Source of the DNA: an uncultured delta proteobacterium
GTDB taxonomy: Bacteria > Myxococcota > Myxococcia > Myxococcales > Myxococcaceae
DNA length: 64,000 nucleotides
Direction: 5' to 3'
NCBI GenBank assembly: GCA_963796055.1
Contig: CAWCKH010000003.1
Coordinates: forward strand, 672,001-736,000
Of this stretch, positions 10,750-20,480 are shown piece by piece. A program made the position numbers and the translations under genes. The notes under the pieces are model-generated. The model did not search any database. It worked only from the letters and a program-made list of their open reading frames with translations, and had not been told where the DNA came from. Positions within the stretch are counted from its first letter, which is position 1, and every line of letters begins with the position of its first letter.

Positions 10750-12210
10750 ATGAGCGCCCGGAGCAAGAACCTCTGGACCCTCCTGGGGGCGGCGGTGGTG
10801 GCGCTGGGCCTGGGGCTCTACGCCTACTTCGGCGTCATGAAGGGCGAGGAGAAGGAGGCCGAGCAGAAGCGCACCGCCGAACGCCTGGTCCAGCCGGTCT
10901 CCCGGCCCGACGGCGGCACGGAGACGGTCCGCTACGACAAGCTGGTGGTGAAGGCGAAGGGCCAGACCACCGAGCTCGCCCGGCTTCCGGATCAGTCCTG
11001 GGTCCTCACCCGGCCCTTGAAGACTGCGGCCGACGTACAGACCGCGGAGGGAATCGTGAGCGCTCTGCAGTTCGCGCGGATCCGCGCCACGGTGGAGGAG
11101 AAGCCCACCCCGGAGGATCTGCACCGCTTCGGCCTGGATAGGCCCGCCGTCGAGGTCACCGCCTCGGCCGATGGGGTCCCCCCGCTGACCGTTCGCCTCG
11201 GCGTCGAGAATCCCTACGACGCCAGCGCCTATCTCCAGCGCGAAGGTGACCCCAAGGTGTACGCGGTCGACGGATCGACCCGCTCCAGCCTGGACAAGGG
11301 CACGTTCGATCTCCGCGACCGCGACGTGCTCGCGGTGCGGGACCTCGGCGTCACGCGAATCGAGCTCCGCGGCAAGAAGCACGACTGGGCGGTGGGCCGG
11401 GACCCGGGACAGCCCTATGCCTTCGTTCGCCCGGTGAAGGAGGAGGCGGACACCGCCGCGATCTCCGGATGGCTCGGTTCCCTGCACGGCACGAAGGCCA
11501 CGAAGTACCTCGAGGACACGCCGGCCGAGCGGAAGCGCACCGGGGTGGAGAAGCCGGCGGTCGAGGCGACCTTCCAGCGCGGCACCACCGAGACCGTCCG
11601 GGTGCGGCTCGCCGCCGGGAAGGCGGAGATCGACCCGGTGTACGTGCTGCGCGAGGACCAGTACGGGTCCGCGCTGGCCGAGGTGCCGCGGGCGGCGCTC
11701 GCGGCGCTGGACAAGAGCCCGGCCGAGCTGCGCGACCGCTCCGTCCTCCGAGCGAAGCCCGAGGACGTGAGCCGGATCCGGATCGGCAGCAGCGACGGCG
11801 CCCTCGTGCTGGAGCGCCAGCGTCCGGCGGACGGCGGGCCGGAGAGCTGGCACGTCGGCGGTCCCTCGGGAGCCGTCGCGGACTCCTTCAAGGCCAGCTC
11901 GCTGCTCTACACCCTCACCTCGCTCCGCTCCGAGGCGACCGAGGAGAAGCTTCCGACCGATCCGAAGTCGACCGGGCTCGGGCCAGCCGCGCGCACGATC
12001 GCCTTCGAGGGGCAGGGCGGAAAGACGCTCGGAGGCGTCACCCTCGGCGGCCCGTCGAAGAAGCCGGTGGGGACGTTCGTGCGCGACGACCGAGGCCGGG
12101 TGGTGGTCGTCGACAGCGCGCGGCTCAAGGACATTCCCTCGAAGCCCTCAGATGTGCTGCCGCCTCCGCCTCCGCCCGCGGCTCCCGCGGGAGCGGACGC
12201 CGGGAGCTGA
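10750..12210 (+). CDS. DUF4340-type membrane-anchored protein
   Basis: Single N-terminal TM, repeated FGLDRP/TGVEKP/TGLGP...LRDR units; usual position after gldG. Confidence 0.75.
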   Translation: MSARSKNLWTLLGAAVVALGLGLYAYFGVMKGEEKEAEQKRTAERLVQPVSRPDGGTETVRYDKLVVKAKGQTTELARLPDQSWVLTRPLKTAADVQTAEGIVSALQFARIRATVEEKPTPEDLHRFGLDRPAVEVTASADGVPPLTVRLGVENPYDASAYLQREGDPKVYAVDGSTRSSLDKGTFDLRDRDVLAVRDLGVTRIELRGKKHDWAVGRDPGQPYAFVRPVKEEADTAAISGWLGSLHGTKATKYLEDTPAERKRTGVEKPAVEATFQRGTTETVRVRLAAGKAEIDPVYVLREDQYGSALAEVPRAALAALDKSPAELRDRSVLRAKPEDVSRIRIGSSDGALVLERQRPADGGPESWHVGGPSGAVADSFKASSLLYTLTSLRSEATEEKLPTDPKSTGLGPAARTIAFEGQGGKTLGGVTLGGPSKKPVGTFVRDDRGRVVVVDSARLKDIPSKPSDVLPPPPPPAAPAGADAGS

Positions 12211-12422
12211 GAGGCCAGCGACCCGCCGCGCTTCCTCAGTCCTCGCTCGTCGCGTACGCCTCGTAGTGAGAGTCTTCGCGCCATGGCCTCGAAGTCGGCC
12301 TGGCGACCGGGCTGGACCTCACCTCCCCGCCACCCGGGCGACGGCGGGTCGTCACGCCGCCCGACCGCCTCCGGCCCGCTCGCCGCGGAGACCTTGCGCA
12401 GCCGCTTGATCCCGCTCCGCCT

Positions 12423-13544
12423 TCATACGGTGAGCCCTCGCGCCTCCAGCTGGGCCCACATCTCGGAGACCCGGTCATCGGCGCGCTGCCCGGCCAGCCA
12501 CTCCGCCAGCTCGAGCAGCCCCTCGGTGAACGACACCCGGGCCTCGTACCCGAGCGCCTTCGCAGCAAGCGTGGTGTCGGCGTAGCAGTGCCGCACGTCC
12601 CCCATCCGATAGCGACCGGTCAGCTCCGGCCGGAGGTGCCGCCGACCGAGCGCCTCGGCCATCTGGGCCGCCACGTTGCGGATACTCATGCTCGTGCCGC
12701 TGCCAACGTTGAACACCCGGCCCGCGGCGACAGTCGACTCGAGGGCAAGGCGACACGCTCGCGCCACGTCGTGGACGCTGACGAAGTCCCGCTGCTGGAG
12801 CCCATCCTCGAAGATGAGGGGCGCGTTCCCGTTCAGAAGCCGCGAGGCGAAGGTGGCCAGCACCCCGGTGTACGGATTGCTCAGGGCCTGGCGGGGCCCG
12901 TACACGTTGAAGAAGCGAAGGGCGACCGTGGGGACGCCGTAGACCCTGCCCAGCATGAGGCAGAGCTGCTCCTGTTCATACTTCCCCAGCGCGTAGACCG
13001 AGCTCAGCGTGGGTGCCTTGGTCTCCGGGGTGGGAAACGGCTCGAGCGGCTCGTCGTTCGGCCCGGTCGGCTCCCAGCGACCGGCCTGCAGCTGCCGGAA
13101 GCTCCGGTCCTGCGCCTCGACGACCCTCCCGTCGGCAGTCCGGTAGAGCCCCTCGCCATAGATGCTCATCGAGCTGGCGACGACCAGCTTCTCCACCGGT
13201 CTCTGGGTGAGCGCCTCGAGCAGCACCGCGGTCCCGAAGTTGTTGACGCTGGTGTAGTGGGCCATCTGGTACATGCTCTGGCCCACGCCCTCGGCGGCCG
13301 CGAAGTGGAAGACGGCGTCGACGTTCTTCAGCGCCCGGTCGACCGCCCGCCGATCACGGACGTCCCCCCGGACCAGCTCCACGTCGGCGGCGAGGTACTC
13401 GGGCCGGCGGCGGTCCTCGCCGTGAACCTGCCGCACCAGCGAGTCCAGCGCGCGCACCCGGTACCCACGCGCGAGCAGCTCGTCGGCAAGGTGCGAGCCG
13501 ATGAAGCCCGCTCCCCCGGTGATCAGCACCCGCTTCTTCGCCAT
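12423..13544 (-). CDS. NAD-dependent epimerase/dehydratase (extended SDR)
   Basis: TGGAGFIG, SSMSIYG, YALGK, RFFNVYGP. Confidence 0.92.
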   Translation of the reverse strand: MAKKRVLITGGAGFIGSHLADELLARGYRVRALDSLVRQVHGEDRRRPEYLAADVELVRGDVRDRRAVDRALKNVDAVFHFAAAEGVGQSMYQMAHYTSVNNFGTAVLLEALTQRPVEKLVVASSMSIYGEGLYRTADGRVVEAQDRSFRQLQAGRWEPTGPNDEPLEPFPTPETKAPTLSSVYALGKYEQEQLCLMLGRVYGVPTVALRFFNVYGPRQALSNPYTGVLATFASRLLNGNAPLIFEDGLQQRDFVSVHDVARACRLALESTVAAGRVFNVGSGTSMSIRNVAAQMAEALGRRHLRPELTGRYRMGDVRHCYADTTLAAKALGYEARVSFTEGLLELAEWLAGQRADDRVSEMWAQLEARGLTV

Positions 13545-13816
13545 CCTCGCTCTCTCCCGTCCTGGATTCGGCCAGCAGTGCCAGGAGAGCTATGCACGCC
13601 TCGACCGGCCGGCTGAGGAGCAGGGACCACTCAGTTCGAAAGCCCGGACGATGGACCCCCTGGGGTGTTCGGTCCAAGACGGGCCGGAATCGCGGGAATT
13701 TCATCGCGCATCCGGGGCTCTCCGGGTGGGTGTGGGTAGGACCTCGCGAGGCGTTTGCCCTAAACGGGTGTCTCGCGGTCCAGGGGGCTGTGCGAAGAGC
13801 CTCCCCGGAGATCCGA

Positions 13817-15868
13817 ATGACCCGTTCAGCCCTCGCTGCTCTGCTGCTCTGCATCCTGGCCAGCTGCTCCAGCAGCCCATCGAGCAACACCGTCCCCACC
13901 CCGGTCGGCGTCGATCGCACGCCGCTGCTCACCCAGGTGACCAGCTGCGGCCAGCTCGAGACCGCCATCGAGGACGCCCTGGTGCTGCAGATGAAGAGCA
14001 GCCTCGAGCAGATCCGGAAGGGCGACTACTACATCGGCGTGGGCGGCGCTCCGGTGGGCCCGGGGGCGCCACCGGGGCCGGTGACCGCGTCACCGGGCGG
14101 GGCCGGCGCGGGCCCCACCAGCGTCAGCACCACCAACACCCAGGTCGCCGGCGTGGACGAGGCGGACTTCGTCCAGAACGACGGCACCCGCATCGCGGTG
14201 CTGGCCGGCGGGATGCTGCACCTCCTCTCCTCCTGGCCCCCGCAGGCGATGGCCGAGACCGCCAGCCTGAAGATCGACGGCTGGCCGCGGGACATGTTCC
14301 TCGCCGGAAACCAGGTGGTGGTCTTCAGCAACGTCTACGTCCCGCGGGCGATCGAGGGGACGCACCCGATCTGCGCTCCGGCCCCGGGCCCCGCCGTCGA
14401 CGCCTTCTGCGGCTACTGGGCGAATGACGTCACGCAGATCACCACCATCGACGTGAGCGACCTCTCGCATCCGAAGGTCACCGCGGAGATCCTCCTCCCG
14501 GGCTCGTACCTGTCGGCGCGGAGGATCGACCAGCGCGTGCGCCTGGTGATGTCCGACACCCTGCCCTACCCCGACGGGTTGAAGTACTGGCCGGATCTCC
14601 CCCCGGGGACGAGCAAGGAAGATCGCGACAAGGCGTTCGATGCGCTGGAGGCGGCCAACGAGGCCCTCATCCGCGGCCGCTCGCTGGACGACTGGCTCCG
14701 GAAGGGCGAGGTGCGCATCCCTGGCGGCGCGACCACCCCCATCGCCTACAACTGCAGCGACTTCGCGCTCAGTCGCGCGCCGACGCGGCCCGGGCTGCTC
14801 ACGGTGGCCACCGTGGACCTGGGGACCGATTCGCTCAAGAGCCGCACCACGGTGTTCGCCGAGCCAGGAACGGTCTACGCCTCGAAGGATACCCTCTACG
14901 TCGCCACCGCCCACTGGTGGTGGTGGCCCGAGATCGGCCAGTCCGACGCCACGTACATCCACGCCTTCGATCTGAAGGACCCGGACAAGGCTCCCTACGT
15001 CGGGTCGGGGACCGTCGATGGGTGGGTGCGCGACCAGTACGCGATGGACGAGTTCAGCGGCGCCCTCCGCGTCGCCACCCACCTGAGCACCCGGGTGGCG
15101 GATGGGACTCCCTGGGGCACGCTCAAGGGCTCGAACCGCATCTCGGTGCTGAAGCCCAGCGGCGGGGCGCTCCAGCTCGCCGGCAAGACCGACGACTACG
15201 GCGCGGACGAGCAGACCTTCGGGACCCGCTTCGTGGGCACGCGGGGGTTCGTCATCACCGCCCGGCAGGTCGACCCGCTGTTCACCTTCGACCTGACCGA
15301 CCCGGCCCACCCCACCAATGTGGGCGAGCTGCAGATGCCCGGGTTCATCTCCTACCTGCACCCGATCGACGACACGCATCTGCTGGGGGTCGGCCGGGAG
15401 CCTGGATCGGCCGGGATGATGCAGCTCAAGGTCGCGCTCCTCGACGTGGCTGACCTCGCAGACCCCACGGTCCTCGCCACCCAGCTGGTGGGTCAGGGCT
15501 GGTCGTACTCCGACGCGCTGTGGGACCCGAAGGCCTTCACCTGGCTGCCGGCGCAGAAGATGCTGGCCATCCCCTTCGTCGACTACGGGAGCCAGACCTT
15601 CGTCTCCGACCTGCGGCTGTTCAAGGTCGATCCGGCGAGCGGCATCCAGGCGCTGGGGAGCCTGTCGATGGCGGACGTCTACCTGAGCTGGTCCTACGAG
15701 AACTGGAGCTACAGCTGGTCGCCGTGGATCCGCCGCGGCATCCTCGCCGACGCGCAGGACGGACAGTACGTGTATGCAATCAGCGACGCGGGCGTGCGCT
15801 CGGCCAAGGTGGCAAGCTTGCCGGCGTGGCTGCAGACCGTGAAGTTCCCGCCGCTCGTCTACCCGTGA
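13817..15868 (+). CDS. Beta-propeller domain lipoprotein
   Basis: Lipobox LLLCILASC; STTNTQVAGVDEADFVQNDG, VDPLFTFDL, GELQMPGFISYLHP. Confidence 0.82.
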   Translation: MTRSALAALLLCILASCSSSPSSNTVPTPVGVDRTPLLTQVTSCGQLETAIEDALVLQMKSSLEQIRKGDYYIGVGGAPVGPGAPPGPVTASPGGAGAGPTSVSTTNTQVAGVDEADFVQNDGTRIAVLAGGMLHLLSSWPPQAMAETASLKIDGWPRDMFLAGNQVVVFSNVYVPRAIEGTHPICAPAPGPAVDAFCGYWANDVTQITTIDVSDLSHPKVTAEILLPGSYLSARRIDQRVRLVMSDTLPYPDGLKYWPDLPPGTSKEDRDKAFDALEAANEALIRGRSLDDWLRKGEVRIPGGATTPIAYNCSDFALSRAPTRPGLLTVATVDLGTDSLKSRTTVFAEPGTVYASKDTLYVATAHWWWWPEIGQSDATYIHAFDLKDPDKAPYVGSGTVDGWVRDQYAMDEFSGALRVATHLSTRVADGTPWGTLKGSNRISVLKPSGGALQLAGKTDDYGADEQTFGTRFVGTRGFVITARQVDPLFTFDLTDPAHPTNVGELQMPGFISYLHPIDDTHLLGVGREPGSAGMMQLKVALLDVADLADPTVLATQLVGQGWSYSDALWDPKAFTWLPAQKMLAIPFVDYGSQTFVSDLRLFKVDPASGIQALGSLSMADVYLSWSYENWSYSWSPWIRRGILADAQDGQYVYAISDAGVRSAKVASLPAWLQTVKFPPLVYP

Positions 15869-16584
15869 GACGCGTGGGGGCGCCGATCGGCGTCGTGCTC
15901 ACGGCCCTGATGGCCTGCGATGCCCAGACCGATCCCGGCTACCAGGGCGAGCCCCTGGTGACCCTCCGGGGCCGCGTGGAGAGCAGCGGCGAGCTGCCGC
16001 CGCTCGAGGCGGCGATGCTCTGGCAACGGGGTCCGCCCCCGGGGACGGAGGACCAGCAGCTGGCGACGCGGGCGCCGGTCACCTCCGGGTTCCCGGCGAG
16101 CTTCACCCTGCGGCTCTACACCCCGCCGCCGGATGCCGCGTTCCGGACGCTCACCACCGGCGCGCCGCGCTGGGCGCGGGCCAACGCCGCCGCCGTGCCC
16201 TATGGGCTCGACCCCGCACAGGTGCCCAACCTGCCCACCGCGCACAACCCCAGCTACACCTACGACCCCGAGCACTGGGTGATGTACCTCGAGTCGGACG
16301 TGCCCCCGAACTCGCTGACCGAGTGGTGGCTCGGCGAGGCGCTCGGCGCGGGCTATCACCTGGTCCGGGTGCTCCCGGTGCCGGGCTGCCTTTCCGCCGC
16401 GCAGCTCGAGAGCTGTGTCGCCGAGCTGGTCCGGCGCGGGGTGCCCGACGATGGAACCGACGCTTCGGGCACCGCCCGGGCGTACTGCAAGGCACCCTAC
16501 CGCCTGCACCCCACGAGTCTCGACGAGGCCATCGTCCTCCGGCTCGGCTCCCCGGACGCCGGGGCGGCCCCGGCCTGCCCATGA
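15865..16584 (+). CDS. Hypothetical lipoprotein
   Basis: GTGA overlap with upstream stop; VVLTALMAC lipobox then DAQTDPGYQGEPL. Confidence 0.7.
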   Translation: MRRVGAPIGVVLTALMACDAQTDPGYQGEPLVTLRGRVESSGELPPLEAAMLWQRGPPPGTEDQQLATRAPVTSGFPASFTLRLYTPPPDAAFRTLTTGAPRWARANAAAVPYGLDPAQVPNLPTAHNPSYTYDPEHWVMYLESDVPPNSLTEWWLGEALGAGYHLVRVLPVPGCLSAAQLESCVAELVRRGVPDDGTDASGTARAYCKAPYRLHPTSLDEAIVLRLGSPDAGAAPACP

Positions 16585-17069
16585 TCCTCGACGCCCCGGC
16601 CATCGCCAGCTTGTATCGCTCGCACGGCCACGTGGTGCTCCGGCGCGCACGCACGCTCCTGGGCAGCGAGGCGGATGCGCGGGAGGCGCTGCAAGACATC
16701 TTCACCGCGCTGGTGCGCAACCCCGACGCGGTCCGCTCGGCTGGCTCCGTCGTGGGCTGGCTCTACCAGGCCACCACCCACCACTGCCTGAACCACCTGC
16801 GCAAGGCGCGCACCGGCGCCCGGGTGCTGGAGCTGCACGTCCGCCCCGGAATGGCCGAGACCGGAGGTCCCCGCGGCGAGGCTGCCGCGGAGGTGCGTCG
16901 GCTTCTGGCGCTGCTGCCCGAGGACGTGGCGGCCGCCGTCGTCTACCACCACCTGGACGGGATGACCCACGCCGAGGTCGCGGAGCTGCTCGGCTGCTCG
17001 CGGCGCCAGGTGGGCTACCTCCTCGAACGCGCCCAGGGACTCTGGGATCGCGCGGAGCAGACCGCATGA
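16581..17069 (+). CDS. ECF RNA polymerase sigma factor
   Basis: Region 2 (DAREALQDIF, WLYQATTHHCLNHLRK) and region 4 HTH (DGMTHAEVAELLGCSRRQV); ATGA overlaps on both sides. Confidence 0.88.
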   Translation: MILDAPAIASLYRSHGHVVLRRARTLLGSEADAREALQDIFTALVRNPDAVRSAGSVVGWLYQATTHHCLNHLRKARTGARVLELHVRPGMAETGGPRGEAAAEVRRLLALLPEDVAAAVVYHHLDGMTHAEVAELLGCSRRQVGYLLERAQGLWDRAEQTA

Positions 17070-17782
17070 ATCTCGCAACCACCCCACTCAGCTGGAATGC
17101 CTGCGTCTCCGCCCTCCGCCTCGACCGGTGGATGATGGGCGAGCTCGGCTCCGCCGACGCCGAGACCGTCGGCACCCACGTCTCCGCCTGCGCGGCCTGC
17201 AGCGCTGCCGTTGCCGGGATGCGCGGGGTGCGCGAGGAGGTGCGGGCGCTGCCGTTGCCGCCGGCGCTCGGCCGTCCCTCCCCGCGGCGCCGGGTTCCGG
17301 CAGGCGCCGCCATCGGGATCGGGCTCGCCCTGGCCGCCTCGCTGCTCCTCGTGCTCCGCTCTCCGCCCACGGGGGAGCGCAGCAAGGGGGCCGGGTTCGC
17401 GCTCACCATGTACGTCCAGCACGGGGACGAGGTCCGCCGCGCGGCCCCGGGCGAGCGCGTCTCGCCCGGCGACGCGGTGCGCTTCGCGGTGAGCACCCCG
17501 GCGCCCGCCTACGTTGCCGTTCTCAGCCTCGACCCCACCGGAAGAGCCTCGGTGTACTTCCCGCAGGGCCCCCGGGCCGCCCCGGTCCCGGCAGGAACGG
17601 AGGTGCTCTTGCCGCTCGGCACACGGCTGGACCCGACCACCGGGGAGGAGCGGCTCCTCGGCATCTTCTGCGCCTCGGCGGTGGAGCTCGAGCCCATCCG
17701 TCAGGCGCTGGAGCAGGGCCAGGATGCCTCCCCGCTGCCCAGCGACTGTCAGGGTCTCCGGTGGAGCTTCGTCAAGCGCTGA
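17066..17782 (+). CDS. Anti-sigma-like protein: zf-HC2 (HxxxCxxC), TM, DUF4384-like domain
   Basis: HVSACAAC, TM AIGIGLALAASLLLVL, RSKG, PGDAVRF...YVAVLSLDPTGRASVYFP. Confidence 0.78.
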   Translation: MNLATTPLSWNACVSALRLDRWMMGELGSADAETVGTHVSACAACSAAVAGMRGVREEVRALPLPPALGRPSPRRRVPAGAAIGIGLALAASLLLVLRSPPTGERSKGAGFALTMYVQHGDEVRRAAPGERVSPGDAVRFAVSTPAPAYVAVLSLDPTGRASVYFPQGPRAAPVPAGTEVLLPLGTRLDPTTGEERLLGIFCASAVELEPIRQALEQGQDASPLPSDCQGLRWSFVKR

Positions 17783-19320
17783 CCGCGCTCGCCCTGGTGC
17801 TGCTCCCGACCGCCGCCCTGGCGGAGGTGGAGCGGTACGCGGTGGTGGTGGGCAACAACCTCGGCCAGCCGCCGGACCTGCCCCTGCGCTACGCCGAGAT
17901 GGACGCGGCGCGGGTGGCCTCGGTGCTCCAGGAGGTGGGTGGGGTGCGGCCGGAGAACACCGTCCTCCTCCAGGGCAAGGACGCGGGCACCGTGCGCCGC
18001 GCGCTCATCGCGGTCAACGAGCGGGTGCGGACGGCAGGGCGGTCCACCGTGCTGCTGGTCTACTACTCGGGCCACGCCGACGCCGGGGCGCTGCACCTCG
18101 GGGACTCGCGCCTCGAGCTGGGCGAGCTGGAGCAGCTGGTGCGCGGCTCGGCCGCGGCGTTCCGGCTGCTGGTGCTGGACGCCTGCCGCTCCGGCGCGCT
18201 CACCCGGGTCAAGGGAGGCACGCCTATTCCCCCGTTCGAGATCCGTCTCGGCGAGCGCGTGGCCGGTGAGGGCGCGGTGTTCCTCACCTCCAGCTCGGCG
18301 TCCGAGGACAGCCAGGAGTCGGACGAGCTGAAGGGGAGCTTCTTCACCCACGCCCTCGTCTCCGGGCTGCTGGGTGCAGCGGACGAGAACCGCGATGGGC
18401 GGGTGACGCTGGACGAGGCATACCGCTATGCCTACGAGTCCACGCTTCGCCAGTCGAGCCGCACCCTGGCCGGCACGCAGCACCCCACCTTCCAGTACGA
18501 CCTGCGCGGCTCGGGCGACCTGGTGCTGGCCACGCTCGACGCCCGCTCGCCGACCCGGGCCTGGCTGGAGCTGCCGGCGGGGAAGAGCTGGCTGCTCTTC
18601 CAGGAGAACGCCGACGGGGCGGTGGTGGGCGAGGTGGCGAGCGCGGACCGGGTGCGCCGGCTGTCGCTGCGATCCGGTCGCTACTTCCTGCGCGGGCGCG
18701 GCCCGGAGGTGCTGCTGGAGGGCACGGTGGCCCTCGCTCCCGGCTCGACCGCGACGGTGGACGAGTCGAAGCTGCAGCGCACCGCCTACGCGCGTCTGGT
18801 GCGCAAGGGTGAGGGAACCCGGAACTCGGTCGTTTCGCTGGAGGCCGAAGCGCGGATGCGGACCTCCCTGGTGAGCGACGCCGGCCTCTGCCCGGGGGTG
18901 GCGGTGGGACTGGCCATCGCGCTCCAGCCCATCACGCTCGTCCCGCGGGTCGCCTGGTGCCGGACCGGCTACACCAGCGATGGCCTCGCGGCGACCACCG
19001 ACCAGTTCGACGTCGAGCTCCAGGCCTCCCACGTCTGGGACCTGGCGCCGGTGTCGATCGAGGTGGGGCTGACGGTGGGTGCGGCGCTGCTCAACCAGAA
19101 GTTCCAGACGGCGGGAACGGCGCCACCGCGGACCACCGCTGCGCTGCAGCTCACCCCCGCGGTGGCGGTGAGCCGCGATCTCGGCGGCCGCACGTACCTC
19201 TACCTGGCGGTGGCCGGGGCGACGTACCTCTTCAAGAACGAGTCCAGCGCCACCGAGACCACGAGCTTCGGGCCGTCGTTCGCGATCCGTTTGTCGCTGG
19301 GATTCGGCTACCGCTTCTGA
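17761..19320 (+). CDS. Exported caspase-like (peptidase C14) protease with C-terminal beta-rich domain
   Basis: Signal peptide ALTALALVLLPTAALA; RYAVVVGNN; His in YYSGHAD and Cys in LDACRSG; SFFTHALVSGLLGAADENRDGRVTLDE; ends LSLGFGYRF. Confidence 0.85.
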   Translation: MELRQALTALALVLLPTAALAEVERYAVVVGNNLGQPPDLPLRYAEMDAARVASVLQEVGGVRPENTVLLQGKDAGTVRRALIAVNERVRTAGRSTVLLVYYSGHADAGALHLGDSRLELGELEQLVRGSAAAFRLLVLDACRSGALTRVKGGTPIPPFEIRLGERVAGEGAVFLTSSSASEDSQESDELKGSFFTHALVSGLLGAADENRDGRVTLDEAYRYAYESTLRQSSRTLAGTQHPTFQYDLRGSGDLVLATLDARSPTRAWLELPAGKSWLLFQENADGAVVGEVASADRVRRLSLRSGRYFLRGRGPEVLLEGTVALAPGSTATVDESKLQRTAYARLVRKGEGTRNSVVSLEAEARMRTSLVSDAGLCPGVAVGLAIALQPITLVPRVAWCRTGYTSDGLAATTDQFDVELQASHVWDLAPVSIEVGLTVGAALLNQKFQTAGTAPPRTTAALQLTPAVAVSRDLGGRTYLYLAVAGATYLFKNESSATETTSFGPSFAIRLSLGFGYRF

Positions 19321-19598
19321 ACGGCGGCCTCGGTCCTTCCCTCCGTCGCCTGCCTGACGCGCGTTCGCCGCAGAGCCTGCGGGGCTGAACCTCTCCGGGG
19401 CCGGTCAGCGAGCGGATCCAAGTTCGGCGCGAACACGTTGCACGCGCCGGATCGCGGAGCGACTCTGGATCTGCTTCGAGGGGAGCCGAGTCCACCCGGG
19501 CTCCTCGGAGGGGCCAGACCCTGCCCTGGCCTCGGCTCGTAGCGTGGCAGGTTGTCGCAGAGGAGCGGCGGGGGGGAGGCAGCCCAAAATCGAATATG

Positions 19599-19659
19599 TG
19601 CTTGCTGCAAGCAAATGCTTTCGGAAACTACTTGCTTGCAGGAAGCAAATTGTTTTTTT
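19599..19659. repeat. Tandem pair of AT-rich palindromes followed by a T-tract
   Basis: TGCTTGCTGCAAGCAAAT (19599-19616) and TGCTTGCAGGAAGCAAAT (19633-19650), then TGTTTTTTT. Confidence 0.8.
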
Positions 19660-19875
19660 GGGGAGCGCGCCCCGCCCGGGCTCCTCTCGTCGACGGTTCG
19701 GGACAGTCCCGCGGCGTGGATGGCACGGCCGCAGTCGGGCCCCGCCTCCCTGAGCGCCCGGGATCGCGCATGCCGCTCGGAACGTCCCGAGCGCTGAACC
19801 CGGATGTTGCCGCGTTCCGTACGGGCAGAACCCGCCTCTGGCCGTCGAAGGCCTCGTCGCGATCTCCGTCGACGT

Positions 19876-20406
19876 TCATCCGGTCGTGCGCGGGTGGGCG
19901 TAGGCGACCCAGGCCAGGGCCTCGAGGCTCGGCACCTCGATGCGCGCGCCGGTGCGGTGCCGGTAGCGTCCGACCCACATCCGGAAGGCCTCGAGCTGCT
20001 CCGCCGAAGGCGAGACCACCGGCCGGCCAGCCTTGAGCCGGTTCATCGCATCGAGCGGCTCGGTTCCGCCCGCCACCAGCGTGCACAGCGTCAGCAGCGC
20101 GCTTCGCCCGATCCCGTGCTCGCAGTGGATGAGCACCCGCGTTCCGCCGTCGAGTCGCACCCGCACCCACTCCACCCCGTCGTCGATCATCCGCGGGGCG
20201 ATCGCGCAGCAGTCCACAGTCGGCAGATGCAGAAACTCGAGGCCGTGCACCCGCAGCGTCGCCTCGTCGTCACGCGCCTCGACCCGCAGGTCCACGATGG
20301 CCCGGATTCCCTCGCCCTGCGCGAGCTGCTCCGCCGCCTCCATCGGGAACCGTCCGCCCACCGCCAGCCGCTGGTCGATCCAGTCGAAATTGAAAGGCGA
20401 ACGCAT
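19876..20406 (-). CDS. Dual-specificity / protein-tyrosine phosphatase family protein
   Basis: HCEHGIGRS (CX5R) P-loop. Confidence 0.88.
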   Translation of the reverse strand: MRSPFNFDWIDQRLAVGGRFPMEAAEQLAQGEGIRAIVDLRVEARDDEATLRVHGLEFLHLPTVDCCAIAPRMIDDGVEWVRVRLDGGTRVLIHCEHGIGRSALLTLCTLVAGGTEPLDAMNRLKAGRPVVSPSAEQLEAFRMWVGRYRHRTGARIEVPSLEALAWVAYAHPRTTG

Positions 20407-20480
20407 CGTCGAGGCCCAACCTACACACCGCGACGCCCGTCGTCATGGACCAGTGGGCCGCCCTCCGAGGCGATTCTTGC

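Noticed and set aside
6345..10766. 1473-aa minus-strand ORF as a giant aspartate kinase fusion
   Set aside because: Only the last 385 codons are aspartate kinase; the rest is the antisense shadow of the ABC operon, common in GC-rich DNA.
12211..12422. Small gene downstream of the epimerase (ATGA-coupled 24-codon ORF)
   Set aside because: Too short and featureless to support; could be a decayed remnant.
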